Shown here piece after piece: positions 35,238 through 46,375 of a DNA stretch of 64,000 nucleotides; the stretch's first letter is position 1, and each line of letters starts with the position of its first letter. The stretch is taken from the NCBI GenBank assembly GCA_963799935.1, contig CAWCZA010000023.1, positions 38,037 to 102,036 on the forward strand, written 5' to 3'. Position numbers and translations under genes: made by a program. Source of the DNA: an uncultured Gammaproteobacteria bacterium. Its GTDB lineage: Bacteria > Acidobacteriota > Terriglobia > Bryobacterales > Bryobacteraceae. The notes below the pieces were generated by a model, which was not told the origin of the DNA, did not search any database, and saw only the letters and a list, made by a program, of their open reading frames with translations.

Positions 35238-35518
35238 CTTTCAACCGAAATCTTGAGCGCTTTGAGGAAGCGTTCATCTTGACTGGTGAACTTCAGCTTG
35301 CCCGCCGAGACTCTTTTCTCATTGTCCGGCTCCGCGGAAACAGACGGATCGGAGTCCTCACGACGGTTGAATCCGATGGTTGCTTCCAAAACCAGAAACA
35401 CGTCGAAGCCGGTCTTGCGAATCTCACCGATGGCTTCGGCAATACGATCCGACTCGGAAAGCGAGTCGTTGATCGCATTTCCCAGGTCATGCATCAACTG
35501 TTTCAAGCTGTCTTCCAC
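35234..35518 (-). CDS. Small acidic hypothetical protein (LGNAINDSL...VLEATIG...DERFLKALKI)
   Basis: GTG at 35518 after a purine-rich GGAAAGGGG; 94 aa with protein-like composition. Confidence 0.7.
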   Translation of the reverse strand: MEDSLKQLMHDLGNAINDSLSESDRIAEAIGEIRKTGFDVFLVLEATIGFNRREDSDPSVSAEPDNEKRVSAGKLKFTSQDERFLKALKISVES

Positions 35519-35737
35519 GTCGTGCCCCTTTCCGCGTCTCAGGCTGCCTCGATTTTTCAGATGCACTCGAACCTCCAGGAGTTCCAAATCTCCGCCGAAG
35601 CCCGTATTCTATTTCCCCGATTGTATCGTCAATCCCGCCCAACTTAAGCCGCGACCTTCAAATTTTTAGATCGGCAAAGTTCAAGAAAACCGTATATCTT
35701 CTCAGGGCTATTCAGTTCTTATTGATACGATGATGAC

Positions 35738-36028
35738 GTGGCTAGACGCGACCTGATTCGCGAGTCGGTGAAGAACTCGATTCTGTTTACCCGCCATGTG
35801 GTTCCCGCTACCGTGCGGCCGGCGCGCACTCTGTGGAACGAAGTGATTGGGTTTGTTTTCTTCGTCTTTGCGGCCGGTTTCGGCTTTTCTGCCGTGCGTG
35901 CCGCGCTCGACCTGCACGGCGACCCGGCAGATATGATCAAGCTGGTCTTTGCTTCGATTGTCTGTGTCGTGATGACGTTTTACGGGTTCCTGTCGTTCCG
36001 TAAAGCGCGTCGCATCTCACGCTCGTGA
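35738..36028 (+). CDS. Small two-TM membrane protein
   Basis: 96 aa with two hydrophobic helices; extended -10 TGa-TACGAT 6 nt upstream; overlaps the mutase start. Confidence 0.7.
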   Translation: MARRDLIRESVKNSILFTRHVVPATVRPARTLWNEVIGFVFFVFAAGFGFSAVRAALDLHGDPADMIKLVFASIVCVVMTFYGFLSFRKARRISRS

Positions 36029-37533
36029 GTTCCCATTCTTACGAACGGCCCGGGGCGTTTCCTTTTACCCGCGGCGTGTACCCCGACATGTACAGAGGCA
36101 AGCTCTGGACCATGCGGCAGTATGCGGGTTTTGGAACAGCGGAGGAAAGTAACCGCCGTTATCGTTACCTGCTCGAGCAAGGCACCATGGGATTGTCGGT
36201 TGCGTTCGATCTACCCACCCAGATGGGAATGGACGCCGATCATCCGCTGGCCGCGGGTGAGATCGGTCGCGTTGGCGTAGCGATTTCGTCGCTAGTGGAT
36301 ATGGAAACGCTGTTCCGCGGGATCCCGCTCGATCGCGTGTCGACATCGATGACCATCAATTCGACGGCCGCGATTCTGCTGGCGCTGTATGTCCTGGCGG
36401 CGCGGCGGCAGGGCGTCGATTCGCGTAAGCTTTCCGGCACCATTCAGAACGACATCCTCAAGGAATACATCGCACGCGGCACCTACATCTATCCGCCGCG
36501 CCCGGCGATGCGTATCATCACGGATCTGTTCGCATGGGCCGCAACCGAAGTCCCTGAGTGGAATACGATTTCGGTCAGCGGCTATCACATTCGGGAAGCC
36601 GGGTCCACTGCGGTTCAGGAAGTTGCGTTCACGCTCGCCAACGCGATCGCCTACATCGAAGCAGCGCTTGCGGCCGGACTTCAGATCGACGACTTCGCGC
36701 CACGCCTGTCGTTTTTCTTTAACAGCCACAACGATTTCCTGGAAGAGATCGCGAAATTTCGCGCGGCGCGGCGGCTCTATGCGTACCTGATGCGCGATCG
36801 CTTCGGCGCAAAGAGTGCGCGATCCATGACGCTTCGGTTCCACGCGCAAACGGCGGGCTCGACATTGACCGCGCAGCAGCCGGATGTGAATGTCGTCCGA
36901 ACGTCGCTGCAAGCTATGGCTGCGGTGCTGGGCGGCGCGCAGTCGCTGCATACGAATGCTCGCGACGAGGCGTTGTCTTTGCCGACGGAAGAATCGGCGC
37001 GGCTCGCCTTACGAACGCAGCAGATTATCGGGTACGAAACCGGCGTCGCGAATACCGCCGATCCGCTAGGCGGCAGCGAGACAATCGAACGAATGACGTC
37101 GGAGATCGAGCGCGATGCGACCGTCTATCTGAAAGAAATCGACGCGTTTGGTGGGACGTTGAAAGCGATTGAATCTGGCTGGATCCAGAACGAGATTCAG
37201 AACGCGGCTTACGAATACCAGCGCGAGATCGAATCTGGCAAGCGTATCGTCGTGGGCGTGAATAAGTTTCGCGCGAAAGAGGAGAAGCCGATTCCGACCT
37301 TCCGGCTTAATCCTGAACTCGAGCGCGCGCAGATCGAGAGCGTCTATCGTGTGAAAGCGACACGCGATAACGTTGCGACATCGTCCGCACTGGCGCGCCT
37401 GCGTCAGGCCGCAAGTGATGGCTCAAACCTGATGCCGCACATCCTCAGCGCGGCCGAAAACCTCGCCACCGTCGGCGAGATTTCAGACGAGCTGAGGGCA
37501 GTGTTCGGCGAGTATCGCGAAACCGGCTATTAA
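36025..37533 (+). CDS. Methylmalonyl-CoA mutase family protein, substrate-binding (large) subunit
   Basis: [42 protein letters not shown] and LRFHAQT; no B12-binding domain. Confidence 0.93.
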   Translation: MSSHSYERPGAFPFTRGVYPDMYRGKLWTMRQYAGFGTAEESNRRYRYLLEQGTMGLSVAFDLPTQMGMDADHPLAAGEIGRVGVAISSLVDMETLFRGIPLDRVSTSMTINSTAAILLALYVLAARRQGVDSRKLSGTIQNDILKEYIARGTYIYPPRPAMRIITDLFAWAATEVPEWNTISVSGYHIREAGSTAVQEVAFTLANAIAYIEAALAAGLQIDDFAPRLSFFFNSHNDFLEEIAKFRAARRLYAYLMRDRFGAKSARSMTLRFHAQTAGSTLTAQQPDVNVVRTSLQAMAAVLGGAQSLHTNARDEALSLPTEESARLALRTQQIIGYETGVANTADPLGGSETIERMTSEIERDATVYLKEIDAFGGTLKAIESGWIQNEIQNAAYEYQREIESGKRIVVGVNKFRAKEEKPIPTFRLNPELERAQIESVYRVKATRDNVATSSALARLRQAASDGSNLMPHILSAAENLATVGEISDELRAVFGEYRETGY

Positions 37534-38033
37534 GCCGCCGGATAGGATGCCGGAAGTGCTTCGCTCTGCACGCGCGGCTGCGGCTGCGAACCCTGGTGTG
37601 AACCCACGTGATTCGACATCTGGAAGATGTAGTGGAATTTCGGCTTACGCAGGCCGAGCGCATGCATCAGGCGGCCCACGTGATCCTGATCGTACTTGAT
37701 GCCGAAGCGCTTCTCGATCGCATCTGCCAGCCTCGCCGTCGTCCAGCGATCGTCGGGGAAGCCGAACGACCGGGCTCCTTCGGCGTGGATCGCGACAATG
37801 TCCCGTTTCTGTTCGATGGTCAAACGGCTCGGACGGCCGGTAGCGCGGCGACGACGCAGTGCTTCGACGCCTTTGCCTTGGAGGGCGCGTTGCCATCGCG
37901 ACGTGGTGGTCCGGCTGACGCCGAACTTTCGCGCGACCCGTGATTGTGACGATCCGTTAGCCAGCTCGTTTGCAGCTTGAAGCCGGCGGTATTCCATTTC
38001 CTCGCGTGAGAGAGAGACGTTTTCGATCTCCAT
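37530..38033 (-). CDS. Stand-alone IS630 OrfA-like helix-turn-helix protein with no DDE transposase domain
   Basis: RRLQAA...[19 protein letters not shown]...GRPSRLT...RWTTARL...[10 protein letters not shown], then an unrelated tail; no orfB follows. Confidence 0.8.
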   Translation of the reverse strand: MEIENVSLSREEMEYRRLQAANELANGSSQSRVARKFGVSRTTTSRWQRALQGKGVEALRRRRATGRPSRLTIEQKRDIVAIHAEGARSFGFPDDRWTTARLADAIEKRFGIKYDQDHVGRLMHALGLRKPKFHYIFQMSNHVGSHQGSQPQPRVQSEALPASYPAA

Positions 38034-38204
38034 CCTGTGACGCGCGGTTGTAGATGGCCAGAGCGTCTTCAGAATAGCAAACAACGCGGAAAGAAGGAAA
38101 TGTTTTTTACAGCTTATTTGCAGGGGTATTCCGGCATAAGTTGAGTGACGACTATTCCTGAATAGCGATCGCGATCTTCCGTCTTTTTGGGGCGCCTGCT
38201 TCCG

Positions 38205-38738
38205 CTACTGGTAATTCGGAGTCTGCACCGCGAGTTGCGTACTAAGAACTTCCACGGCTTTCGCGCTGCACTTGCGGCACACGATCGTACACATCTGCTT
38301 CGAGCAAGGGAATTGCACCATCCGCATCGGCTCCGGTCGGCGGTCGAACGGGAGCGTCACCTTCGACGCGGAAATGAACAACGAAATGTCCTCGGTGCGA
38401 TCCTCCGGGGTGAACACAAGGTGGCGCACCGGCTCGCCCCCGATCACCGTCGTGCGCGCCTGCGAGATCTCATACACAGGCGCGTTTTCAATGGAAGCAG
38501 CAGCCGGTACGACGAAACTGGCATCCGTTGCGACCGCACGTCGATTCGTATTGACGTGATAGATCGCAAAGAACACGCTCGCCGCTAGCGCCAGAGCCGG
38601 AACAGCCCACAGCAGAAACTTCGGACGCGCCAGCGCAGGACGAGCGCGCGCTGCTTCGATCCGCCCCCACAAGTCTTCCGGCGCCCGTACCGGCTTCAGT
38701 TCGCGCGTCAACAGGTCTTTCAAGTCTTGTTCGTTCAC
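38205..38738 (-). CDS. Putative transmembrane anti-sigma factor
   Basis: GTGA overlap with the ECF sigma gene; short N-terminal domain (APEDLWGRI), one TM helix, Cys-rich C-terminus. Confidence 0.7.
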   Translation of the reverse strand: MNEQDLKDLLTRELKPVRAPEDLWGRIEAARARPALARPKFLLWAVPALALAASVFFAIYHVNTNRRAVATDASFVVPAAASIENAPVYEISQARTTVIGGEPVRHLVFTPEDRTEDISLFISASKVTLPFDRRPEPMRMVQFPCSKQMCTIVCRKCSAKAVEVLSTQLAVQTPNYQ

Positions 38739-39337
38739 ACTGCCATCCCTTTGAACTTCTCTAACTTCCGGGCCAATTGCTGGTGCGCGCGGCTCAACCG
38801 CGACGCCACCGTGCCGGGCGAAACCGACAACGTCTCGCCGATCTCCTCATACGAAAGCCCCTCGACATAGCGCAACAGAATCGGAGCGCGCAGCGCGGGC
38901 GAAAGCTTTCCGATCGCTTGCTGAACGGCGCCTTCGGTTTCGCGCCTCACCAGCCGTTCGTCTCCGCTGTTCGACCGTCCCACATGCGCCGGCGGCTCCT
39001 GGTTCAGCCACGGGAGCCACTTCTTGCGGCGGCGCTGATCGTCAATGCAGGCATTCGCCACGATGCGATACAGCCATGTCTCGAAGCGCGCTTCGCCGCG
39101 GAACTCGGCGATGCGGTCATACAGTTTCACGAACACATCCTGCGTCAGGTCGGCCGCGCGCGATTCATCGCCGGAGAACCGCAGCGCAAACGAATACACG
39201 CGATCCTTATAGGTTTCGAAAAGCTGCCGGAACGCTTCCGCTTCGCCGCGCCGGCAGCCTTCGAGCACGCCGCTGAGTATGTCCCTGGATTCGGAATCCG
39301 CCGGCACTAGCGTGGCTGTCGCGATCGAAAACCCCAT
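38735..39337 (-). CDS. ECF sigma-70 family RNA polymerase sigma factor
   Basis: Region 2: DLTQDVF, FETWLYRIVAN. Region 4: LSYEEIGETL...GTVASRLSRA. Confidence 0.93.
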   Translation of the reverse strand: MGFSIATATLVPADSESRDILSGVLEGCRRGEAEAFRQLFETYKDRVYSFALRFSGDESRAADLTQDVFVKLYDRIAEFRGEARFETWLYRIVANACIDDQRRRKKWLPWLNQEPPAHVGRSNSGDERLVRRETEGAVQQAIGKLSPALRAPILLRYVEGLSYEEIGETLSVSPGTVASRLSRAHQQLARKLEKFKGMAV

Positions 39338-39348
39338 CCCTGAACTAT

Positions 39349-39374
39349 GACGCATACCTCGGCCGAAAGCTTCC
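39349..39374 (-). promoter_or_regulatory. Candidate ECF-type autoregulatory promoter
   Basis: Minus strand GGAAGC-N16-CGTC ending 11 nt before ATG 39337; resembles GGAAC/TGAAAC-N16-CGTN. Confidence 0.4.
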
Positions 39375-39415
39375 AACTTTTCGGAACTACAATTGTCGTT
39401 GGAGAATCCAAAGAC

Positions 39416-39946
39416 ATGATGGTAACTAGACGAACTTTCTGTGCGGCGTTCTGCGGAGTCGTGGGCGCTGCCGTTGCCCGCGCCAGTGTCTCTGCCGGTC
39501 AGGTCACAATCGTGCGCTTCAGCGATTCCGGCAAGAAGGAAGGTTCCGCGAAAGTGGACAAGGTCGTCTTAAGCGACGAGGAATGGAAGAAAAAGCTCTC
39601 GCCTGAGGAATTCGAGGTGGCTCGCAAGGCCGGCACCGAACAGGCCTTTACCGGACGCTATTGGAACAATCATGAGAAGGGCATCTACCGCTGCGTGTGC
39701 TGCGGCAATGCGCTATTCAGCTCCGACACCAAATTCGAGTCCCACACCGGGTGGCCGAGTTTCTGGGCGCCGCTCGACCGCAAGAATGTGGAACAGAATA
39801 GCGATCGGAGTCTCGGGATGGTTCGGACGGAAGTGAAGTGTACGCAGTGCGATGGGCACCTGGGGCACTTGTTCGACGACGGTCCGCAACCCACCGGACT
39901 GCGTTATTGCATGAACTCGGTGTCGATGAAATTTATTAAGGCATAA
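39416..39946 (+). CDS. msrB: Peptide-methionine (R)-S-oxide reductase, Tat-exported
   Basis: Twin-Arg TRRTF; GTEQAF, CVCC, SHTGWPSF, CTQC, GHLGHLF and RYCMNS. Confidence 0.95.
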   Translation: MMVTRRTFCAAFCGVVGAAVARASVSAGQVTIVRFSDSGKKEGSAKVDKVVLSDEEWKKKLSPEEFEVARKAGTEQAFTGRYWNNHEKGIYRCVCCGNALFSSDTKFESHTGWPSFWAPLDRKNVEQNSDRSLGMVRTEVKCTQCDGHLGHLFDDGPQPTGLRYCMNSVSMKFIKA

Positions 39947-39947
39947 G

Positions 39948-40661
39948 TCAGAGCAGTCGGAAGTTCACCTCAATCGTCGCCGCCACGGGAACGGCGCGCC
40001 CGTTTTTCAGGCCGGGTTTAAAGAACCAACGCGAGACAGCTTCGAGAGCTTTCTCATCTAGCCCGAAGCCGATCCCGTGAACCACCCGCAGTTGACGCGG
40101 CACACCATCTATGCCAATTACCGCATAGACCAGCACTCTTCCGTTGATGCGAGCACGGCGCCCGCTCTCCGAATACTCGGGCTCCGGTTTGCGGATCGGC
40201 ACCGGAGGTACGACGCCCTTTCCGGAGTAAACGCCGCTGCCCTCGTCGCCGTCTCCATCGCCGTAAGATCCACCCGTTCCGTTTCCACCAAGGCCTACCG
40301 GGCCGCCCGATCCGCCGGTCAGATTGCCTACTCCATTGGGCAGTCCGAGAGCGCCTGACTGCGGTGCAAGCTGAGGCGGGGCGTCGATGGACGCAGCGAT
40401 CATGAGTTTCGGAATGTAGTCGACTCGCGGAGTCGGCGGAACGAAAACTCGCTGCGGTTGAGGCAGAACGCCTTTGGGAATGGCTTTCGGTCCTATTCCA
40501 TTGCCGCCGCCCGATGGCGCGCGTTCGAACCGCGGAGCAATCAGGTGTACAGGAGTTGTATCAGGAGGAGGTGTTCTCTGCGAAGGCAAGCTCCAGAGAA
40601 TCAACAATACGATCGCGAGTAAGTGGAGAGCGAGCGACGTTGCCTGCGGTTTGGGTGCCAT
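39948..40661 (-). CDS. Energy transducer TonB family protein
   Basis: Start re-called at ATG 40661; N-terminal TM, Pro/Gly-rich linker, TonB-C domain (PEPEYSE...GLDEKALEAV..W.FKPG). Confidence 0.88.
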   Translation of the reverse strand: MAPKPQATSLALHLLAIVLLILWSLPSQRTPPPDTTPVHLIAPRFERAPSGGGNGIGPKAIPKGVLPQPQRVFVPPTPRVDYIPKLMIAASIDAPPQLAPQSGALGLPNGVGNLTGGSGGPVGLGGNGTGGSYGDGDGDEGSGVYSGKGVVPPVPIRKPEPEYSESGRRARINGRVLVYAVIGIDGVPRQLRVVHGIGFGLDEKALEAVSRWFFKPGLKNGRAVPVAATIEVNFRLL

Positions 40662-40945
40662 GCATGGGAGGATGCACGCAGGCCGCCCGCGCCCAAGTGG
40701 TTTGTTGTCAATGCGTGGAACGCACGGAACCGGCTTTTCCGGGACACGGGTGTGCGGACCGATAGTCATAACGGATTCGCCCATTCCTCTCGATCCGCGG
40801 TAGCTGGTAAATGGACGGAGGAAGACTTGCCCGTCTTCGATTGGTCGCGCGCGAACATACGTATCAGCACGGGGATGGGACCGCTTGACCAACGGCGAAT
40901 CCTCAGCGCAGGACCGCGGTCGTTGTACACCAATCCCAAATACCA

Positions 40946-40967
40946 ATACGGCAATTTGCCGTATAAT
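40946..40967 (+). promoter_or_regulatory. TA operator palindrome overlapping a perfect -10 box
   Basis: ATACGGCAA-T-TTGCCGTAT (40946-64) overlaps TATAAT (40962-67), 9 nt before ATG 40977. Confidence 0.75.
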
Positions 40968-40976
40968 GGTGTCACC

Positions 40977-41261
40977 ATGGCCAAACTCGCACAAACGACA
41001 GCCCGGCTCGAAGCGCGTTTGCCGACTAATGTCCACGCGTTGTTAAAGCGCGCTGCGGAGATCGAAGGGCGTACCCTCACGGATTTCGTAGTCTCGGCGG
41101 CGCGTGCAGCTGCCACCCGGACCATTGAACAAGCGGAGATCATCCGGCTCTCGATAGAGGATCAGCGACTGATCGCTAAAGCGCTGCTGAACCCGCCCGA
41201 ACCCACCCGTGCGCTGAAGAGAGCTTTCCAGCGCCGCCGTGAACTGCTCGGCGCGAAGTGA
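40977..41261 (+). CDS. DUF1778 (RHH) antitoxin
   Basis: TARLEARL...RTLTDFVV...ALLNPPEP; start re-called at ATG 40977. Confidence 0.9.
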   Translation: MAKLAQTTARLEARLPTNVHALLKRAAEIEGRTLTDFVVSAARAAATRTIEQAEIIRLSIEDQRLIAKALLNPPEPTRALKRAFQRRRELLGAK

Positions 41262-41767
41262 CGTTCCCTTTCCGCCTGGAATTGCTGGGCGGTGAACACG
41301 AGCGCTCGCAGTTTTGCTGCGGTGAAGAGGCATTAGACCGCTACTTCCGCACGCAAGTGACCCAGGACATTCGGCGCCACCTGGCGAACTGCTTCGTGGC
41401 CGTCGAGAGCGCCTCGAGCAAGATTGCCGCCTATTACACAATTTCAGCCGCAAGTATCCCGCTCGATGAACTCCCGCCCGGCGAAACCAAGCGTCTGCCG
41501 CGGTACCCTACGGTTCCCGCCGTTCGGATCGGACGGCTCGCGGTGGATCAGAGATTCCAGGGTCGGGGCCTCGGCGCGGCACTTTTGGCCGATGCCGCCG
41601 CTCGAGCGCTGAAGGCAGAAGCCGCCGCGTTCACACTTCTCGTGGATGCCAAAGACGATCGCGCCGTTGCTTTCTACGAGCGCTTCGGATTTCGTCTACT
41701 CGCCAGCCGGCCCCGTACGTTGTTCCTTCCATTGGCCGTCGCGCGCAAGGTTTTGCCGGCGTCATAG
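41258..41767 (+). CDS. GNAT acetyltransferase toxin
   Basis: FCCGEEALDRY, IGRLAVD, QGRGLG and VDAKDDRAVAFYERFGF. Confidence 0.9.
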   Translation: MTFPFRLELLGGEHERSQFCCGEEALDRYFRTQVTQDIRRHLANCFVAVESASSKIAAYYTISAASIPLDELPPGETKRLPRYPTVPAVRIGRLAVDQRFQGRGLGAALLADAAARALKAEAAAFTLLVDAKDDRAVAFYERFGFRLLASRPRTLFLPLAVARKVLPAS

Positions 41768-41794
41768 ATCGTGTTATATCGTGGGCATCATCAC

Positions 41795-42923
41795 ATGAAG
41801 CTTCACACCGCTTTAGTTGTCGCCTCGACCCTCGCCTTTCACCTCCAACCCAATACAGTCTCCGCGCAAACGCCGCAGCGCTGGACAGAGCAGCGCGCCA
41901 ATGCCTGGTATGCGCAGCAGCCGTGGCTGGTCGGCGCGAACTTCATTCCCTCGGACGCCATCAACGAGCTGGAGATGTTTCAAGCCGCCACGTTCAATCC
42001 CGCCCTTAACGACAAAGAACTCGGCATGGGCGAAAGCATCGGGATGAACACCATGCGGGTTTTCCTCCAGGACCAGCTCTGGCATCAGGACTCTCAAGGA
42101 TTCACGAAGCGGCTCGACACGTTCCTCTCGATCGCGGCGAAGCATCACATCAGGCCGTTACTTGTGTTATTTGACTCGTGCTGGGAAACGAACCCGCACT
42201 TAGGTCCGCAGCACCCGCCGATTCCCGGCGTTCATAACTCGGGATGGGTGCAGAGTCCGGGCAAGGAGCGCCTCCTGAATCGCGCTGACGAAGCGCAACT
42301 CGAAGCTTATGTGAAGGGTGTGGTCGGTGCTTTCGCGAATGACGACCGGATCCTTGGATGGGACATCTGGAACGAACCCGATAATAAGGGCGGCGATGTT
42401 GAAGCCGACTTAGCCGCGAAGGTACAACGCGTGGACGAGTTACTGCCCAAAGCCTTTGCCTGGGCGCGATCCGGTAAGTCCCTCGCAACCACTTACTAGC
42501 GGTGTCTGGGCTGGGAACTGGACCGATCCGGCGAAGGAAAGCCCCACCACTAAGATCCAGCTCGCCGAATCCGATGTTATTTCCTTCCATCAGTACGGCT
42601 GGCCGGAAGAGTTCGAGGCGGCCATTCGATCCCTGCAGCCCTACCATCGTCCAATCATCTGCACCGAATATATGGCGCGCGGGGCGGGGAGTACCTTCGA
42701 CACGAACCTGCCGATCGCCAAGCAGTACAACGTTGCAGCAATTAACTGGGGCTTGGTTGCGGGTAAGACGCAGACTTACTATCCCTGGGACTCCTGGCAG
42801 CGGCCGTACACGGTTTCGCCACCAACGATCTGGTTCCATGAGGTGTTTCGCCAGGACGACACGCCCTACCGGCAGCACGAGGTAGATCTCATTCGCCAAC
42901 TTACCGGCCGGGGAACACGCTAA
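41795..42923 (+). CDS. Secreted clan GH-A glycoside hydrolase (GH5-like), one +1 frameshift near 42472
   Basis: Signal peptide; GMNTMRVFL, WDIWNEP (acid/base) and CTEYMAR (nucleophile) lie in two frames that join as WARS/VSPSQPLTSGVW. Confidence 0.85.
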
Positions 42924-42929
42924 GTCATT

Positions 42930-45900
42930 CTAAGCGCGACGCATCGGGCCTTCCACTACTTCCGTAATCTTCTGGAGCAAGGTTTGCGGGCGGTAAGGCT
43001 TTTGCAGAAACCCGGTAATCTCGGCGGCTTCGATCTTAGACATGACATCGTTTTTGGAGTACCCGCTGGAAATAATGACGGGGACCGTCGGCGCGATCCG
43101 GCGGAGCCGGGTGAGGGTCTCTTTCCCACCAATCCCCGGCATCGTGAGGTCGAGCAAAACCAGCGAGACCGGCTCCCCTTTCTCGATGATTGCCAGGGCC
43201 TCTTCTCCGCGGTGTGCGCCAAGCACCCGGTAGCCGTGCCTGCTGAGGTAAGCCGACCCGAGCGTGACGACGGATTCCTCGTCATCGACAATCAGCACCG
43301 TGTGATCGCCGGTCGACACAGGCTGCTTCGGCTTATCCGTCGCCCTTGAATCCGCCGGTACAAGAACTAGAACCGTCGTGCCCTGACCAGGCGCTGTGGT
43401 GATGTGGATCGCGCCTCCGTGAGCACGCACCGTACCCGCGACCGCCGCCAGTCCCATGCCTCGTCCCGCAAACTTGGTGGTGAAGAATGGCTCGAAGATC
43501 TTGTCCCGGATGTCGGAAGGGATCCCGCAGCCCGTGTCCTTTACTTCGATCGCTGCGAAAGCTCCCGGCGTGATGTCCGCGCTCCGAAGCACGCCTTGGA
43601 TGTAGCTCTCGTCGATTTGCCGAATGTTGGTTCTGACGGTAATTGTTCCTGATTCCGTGCCGTCCATCGCCTCGCGGGCATTGGTTAGCAGGTTGACGAT
43701 CACCTGCCGGATTTGTGCCGCATCCCCCGCGATCGTCACGCCGGGTTCGGCGTATTGCTCGATGCGAATGTTCGGCCGGAGCTTCCCCTCGATGGAGGAG
43801 ACGGCTTCGCTTGCAATCCGGGACACGTCCACTTTTTCCCGGGGGTTCAGCCCTTGACCGGAGTAAGCCAGCATCTGCGCGGTAAGAGAGGCAGCCCGCT
43901 CGCCGGCAGCAATCACGTCGTCCAGAAACGGAATCGCGGTGTGATCCGTAGGCAGCGATTCTTTCGCAAAACTCGCCGACCCAATGACGCTCACCAGAAG
44001 GTTATTGAAATCGTGTGCCAACCCGGCTGCCATCACGCCGATGCTTTCGAACTTCTCCGCCGCGGCAAGTTTTTGTTCGAGCATTTTCCTGTCGGTTATG
44101 TCGCGAGCCGTTCCTATTACTCGGACCGGTTCGTGTGCTTCCCCATGCGAAACCGCACCCTGGAACTCGATCCACTGGATCCCGTCATCGCCGGCGATCC
44201 GGACCGTGCGAAACCATGCGGCATCCTGACTCACGGAGGTTCGGAGAGCGGATTCGAAGCCCTCGCGATCGGAGCCATGAATGCGCGCCAGAAATGTCGC
44301 GGAGGCTTACCGGGCCCGAGATGTTTGAAGCCGATCGAACAGCCCGGCAATCTCTTCGGAGCACGGACCGTGTTGTCGGCCAGGTTCCACTCCCACACCC
44401 CCATCTTTCCCGCTTTCAGGGCGAGATGAAGGCGCTCGCGGCTTTCCCGCAACGCGCATTCCGCTCGTTTGCGCTCCGTGATGTCGATGCTAATCCCCAT
44501 CACGCGGACCGGGCGCCCGCTCTTGTCGAAAACGAAGCGTCCGCGAGTCATGAGCCAGCGAACAGCGCCATCTTTCCTAACCAAACGAAACTCTGTATCG
44601 ACGGATGATTCGCTCGGGTTCAAAAACCGTTCGCGATCCGCGGGATGTACGCGCGCCAGCCAATCCTGAACGCCGAAATTTCGGCCGGATTCCAATTCGA
44701 ACAGCTCATAGAATTCGGGCATTTCGGTATAGCGGTCATTCACAAGATCCAGATCCCACGCAACCAGACCGGCGCTTGAGTGCGCCAGCCGCAGCCGCTC
44801 CTCACTCTGACGGAGTTTCTCTTCGACTAGTTTTTGCTGATGAATGTAGGTGCAGGTTCCATTCCAACCGGTCACACGACCAGCTTCATCCTTGATCGGA
44901 ATCGCGCGCGAGAGATGCCATTCATATTCTCCGTCCTTATTGCGCAATCGATGCTCGATTTCGAACTTAGTTCCAGTGCCGATGGATTGGTTCCACTGGC
45001 TGAGCGTACGGTCCCGGTCTTCCGCATGAATCCAGTTCACCCAGTAACCGCCGAGTGCCTCCGCCGCAGGGCTACCCGTGTACCCTAACCACTGCTCATT
45101 TATAAACTCGGTTTCACCCTCCGCGTTAGCTGCATACACGATTTGAGGCATCGCATTGGCTAGAGATCGATAGCGCACCTCGCTAGCCTCCAACGCTTGT
45201 TCCGCTTGTTTGCGATTTGAGATATCGCGCGAGATGGTGGAATAGCCCGTCAATTCGCCGCTGTTATTACGCACACCGGAAACGGTCACCGCGACTGGAA
45301 GCAAACAGCCGTTCTTACGAATCCGCGTTGTCTCGATGCCCTGCGCAGGAACGCCATTTGCCGCATCGTCCCGCAAGCGGTGAAGCTCTTCGAGTTTGTC
45401 GGAAGGCACCAGAATCTCGAACGGCTTTCCAATCACCTCTTCCGCGGTGAAACCATAGGTCTTTTCCGCTCCGCTATTCCACGTTCTGATAATCCCGTTC
45501 ACATCTTGATAGCTGACTGCGTCGGCCGTTGCCTCTACCAGAGAGGCCAGCAGGCTTTGCGCCGCCTCCGCATTTTTTCGTTTGGTGATGTCGCTGATCA
45601 GGACAACGTAAGATGCTGGTTCGCCCGCTTTTCCGTCCGCAAGGCAAATACTCTCCTGCACCCAGACCGAACTGCCGTCGGACTTCCGGTAGAGCTTCTC
45701 TCCTTCGGCGTGTCCTGCGGTCAGAACTACAAGGGGTCCTGCAATGTTCTGCAAGTTGCGAGTCACCAGGTCTTCACGGCTGAACCCGGTTACACGGCAG
45801 AACGCATCATTCACCAGCATGATGCTTCCGTCGAGCGAAGTCTGCGCGACGCCAACGGCGCTTTGCGAAAAGATGGCTTCGAGTTGCGCCAGGTTCCGTG

Positions 45901-46375
45901 TTACTTCCAGGTTGGCTTGAAGCAGGTTCTTGTGCGCGGCAGCAAGGTCTCGCGTCATCCTGAACCGTTCGCGAGCATGGCTAATTGCTCTACTCAACGA
46001 TTCCGGCGTAGTTTGATCTTTGACCAGAAAATCTTGTGCACCCGATTGGATGGCTCGTGCGCCTAGATCTTCCTGGCCGTAGATAGTCAACACGATAATC
46101 GGGAAATCGATGGCGCCCGCTTCCTTTAGCCGTTCGAGGAAACCCAGCCCATCGAGCTGCGGCATTCGCATGTCGAGTAGCACACAATCGGGCTTGCGCA
46201 GCCTGCATTCCCGCAAAGCTTCGACAGCCGACGGGCATTCCCTAATCACGAATTTTCCGAGACTCGGGCTCTTAAGTTGCCGACGAATCCCCGCGATATC
46301 TTCGGGTGAATCGTCAACGATCAAAATGTCGATCGGTTCTGTTGCTTCGATCTCCATCGCTGCGCTTGCGCTCAT
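42930..46375 (-). pseudogene. Receiver-multiPAS-HisKA-HATPase-receiver hybrid kinase, interrupted by a frameshift (~44362) and an in-frame TAA (44307-09); real lesions or assembly errors
   Basis: ATG 46375 overlaps the RR stop. LLDMRMP receiver, about 5 PAS domains, [25 protein letters not shown]. The second frame reads SEEIAGLF...*...TFLARIHGSDRE. Confidence 0.8.

Noticed and set aside
37530-38084. Active IS630 element
   Set aside because: No DDE catalytic ORF and no terminal inverted repeats identified; kept instead as a possibly domesticated HTH.
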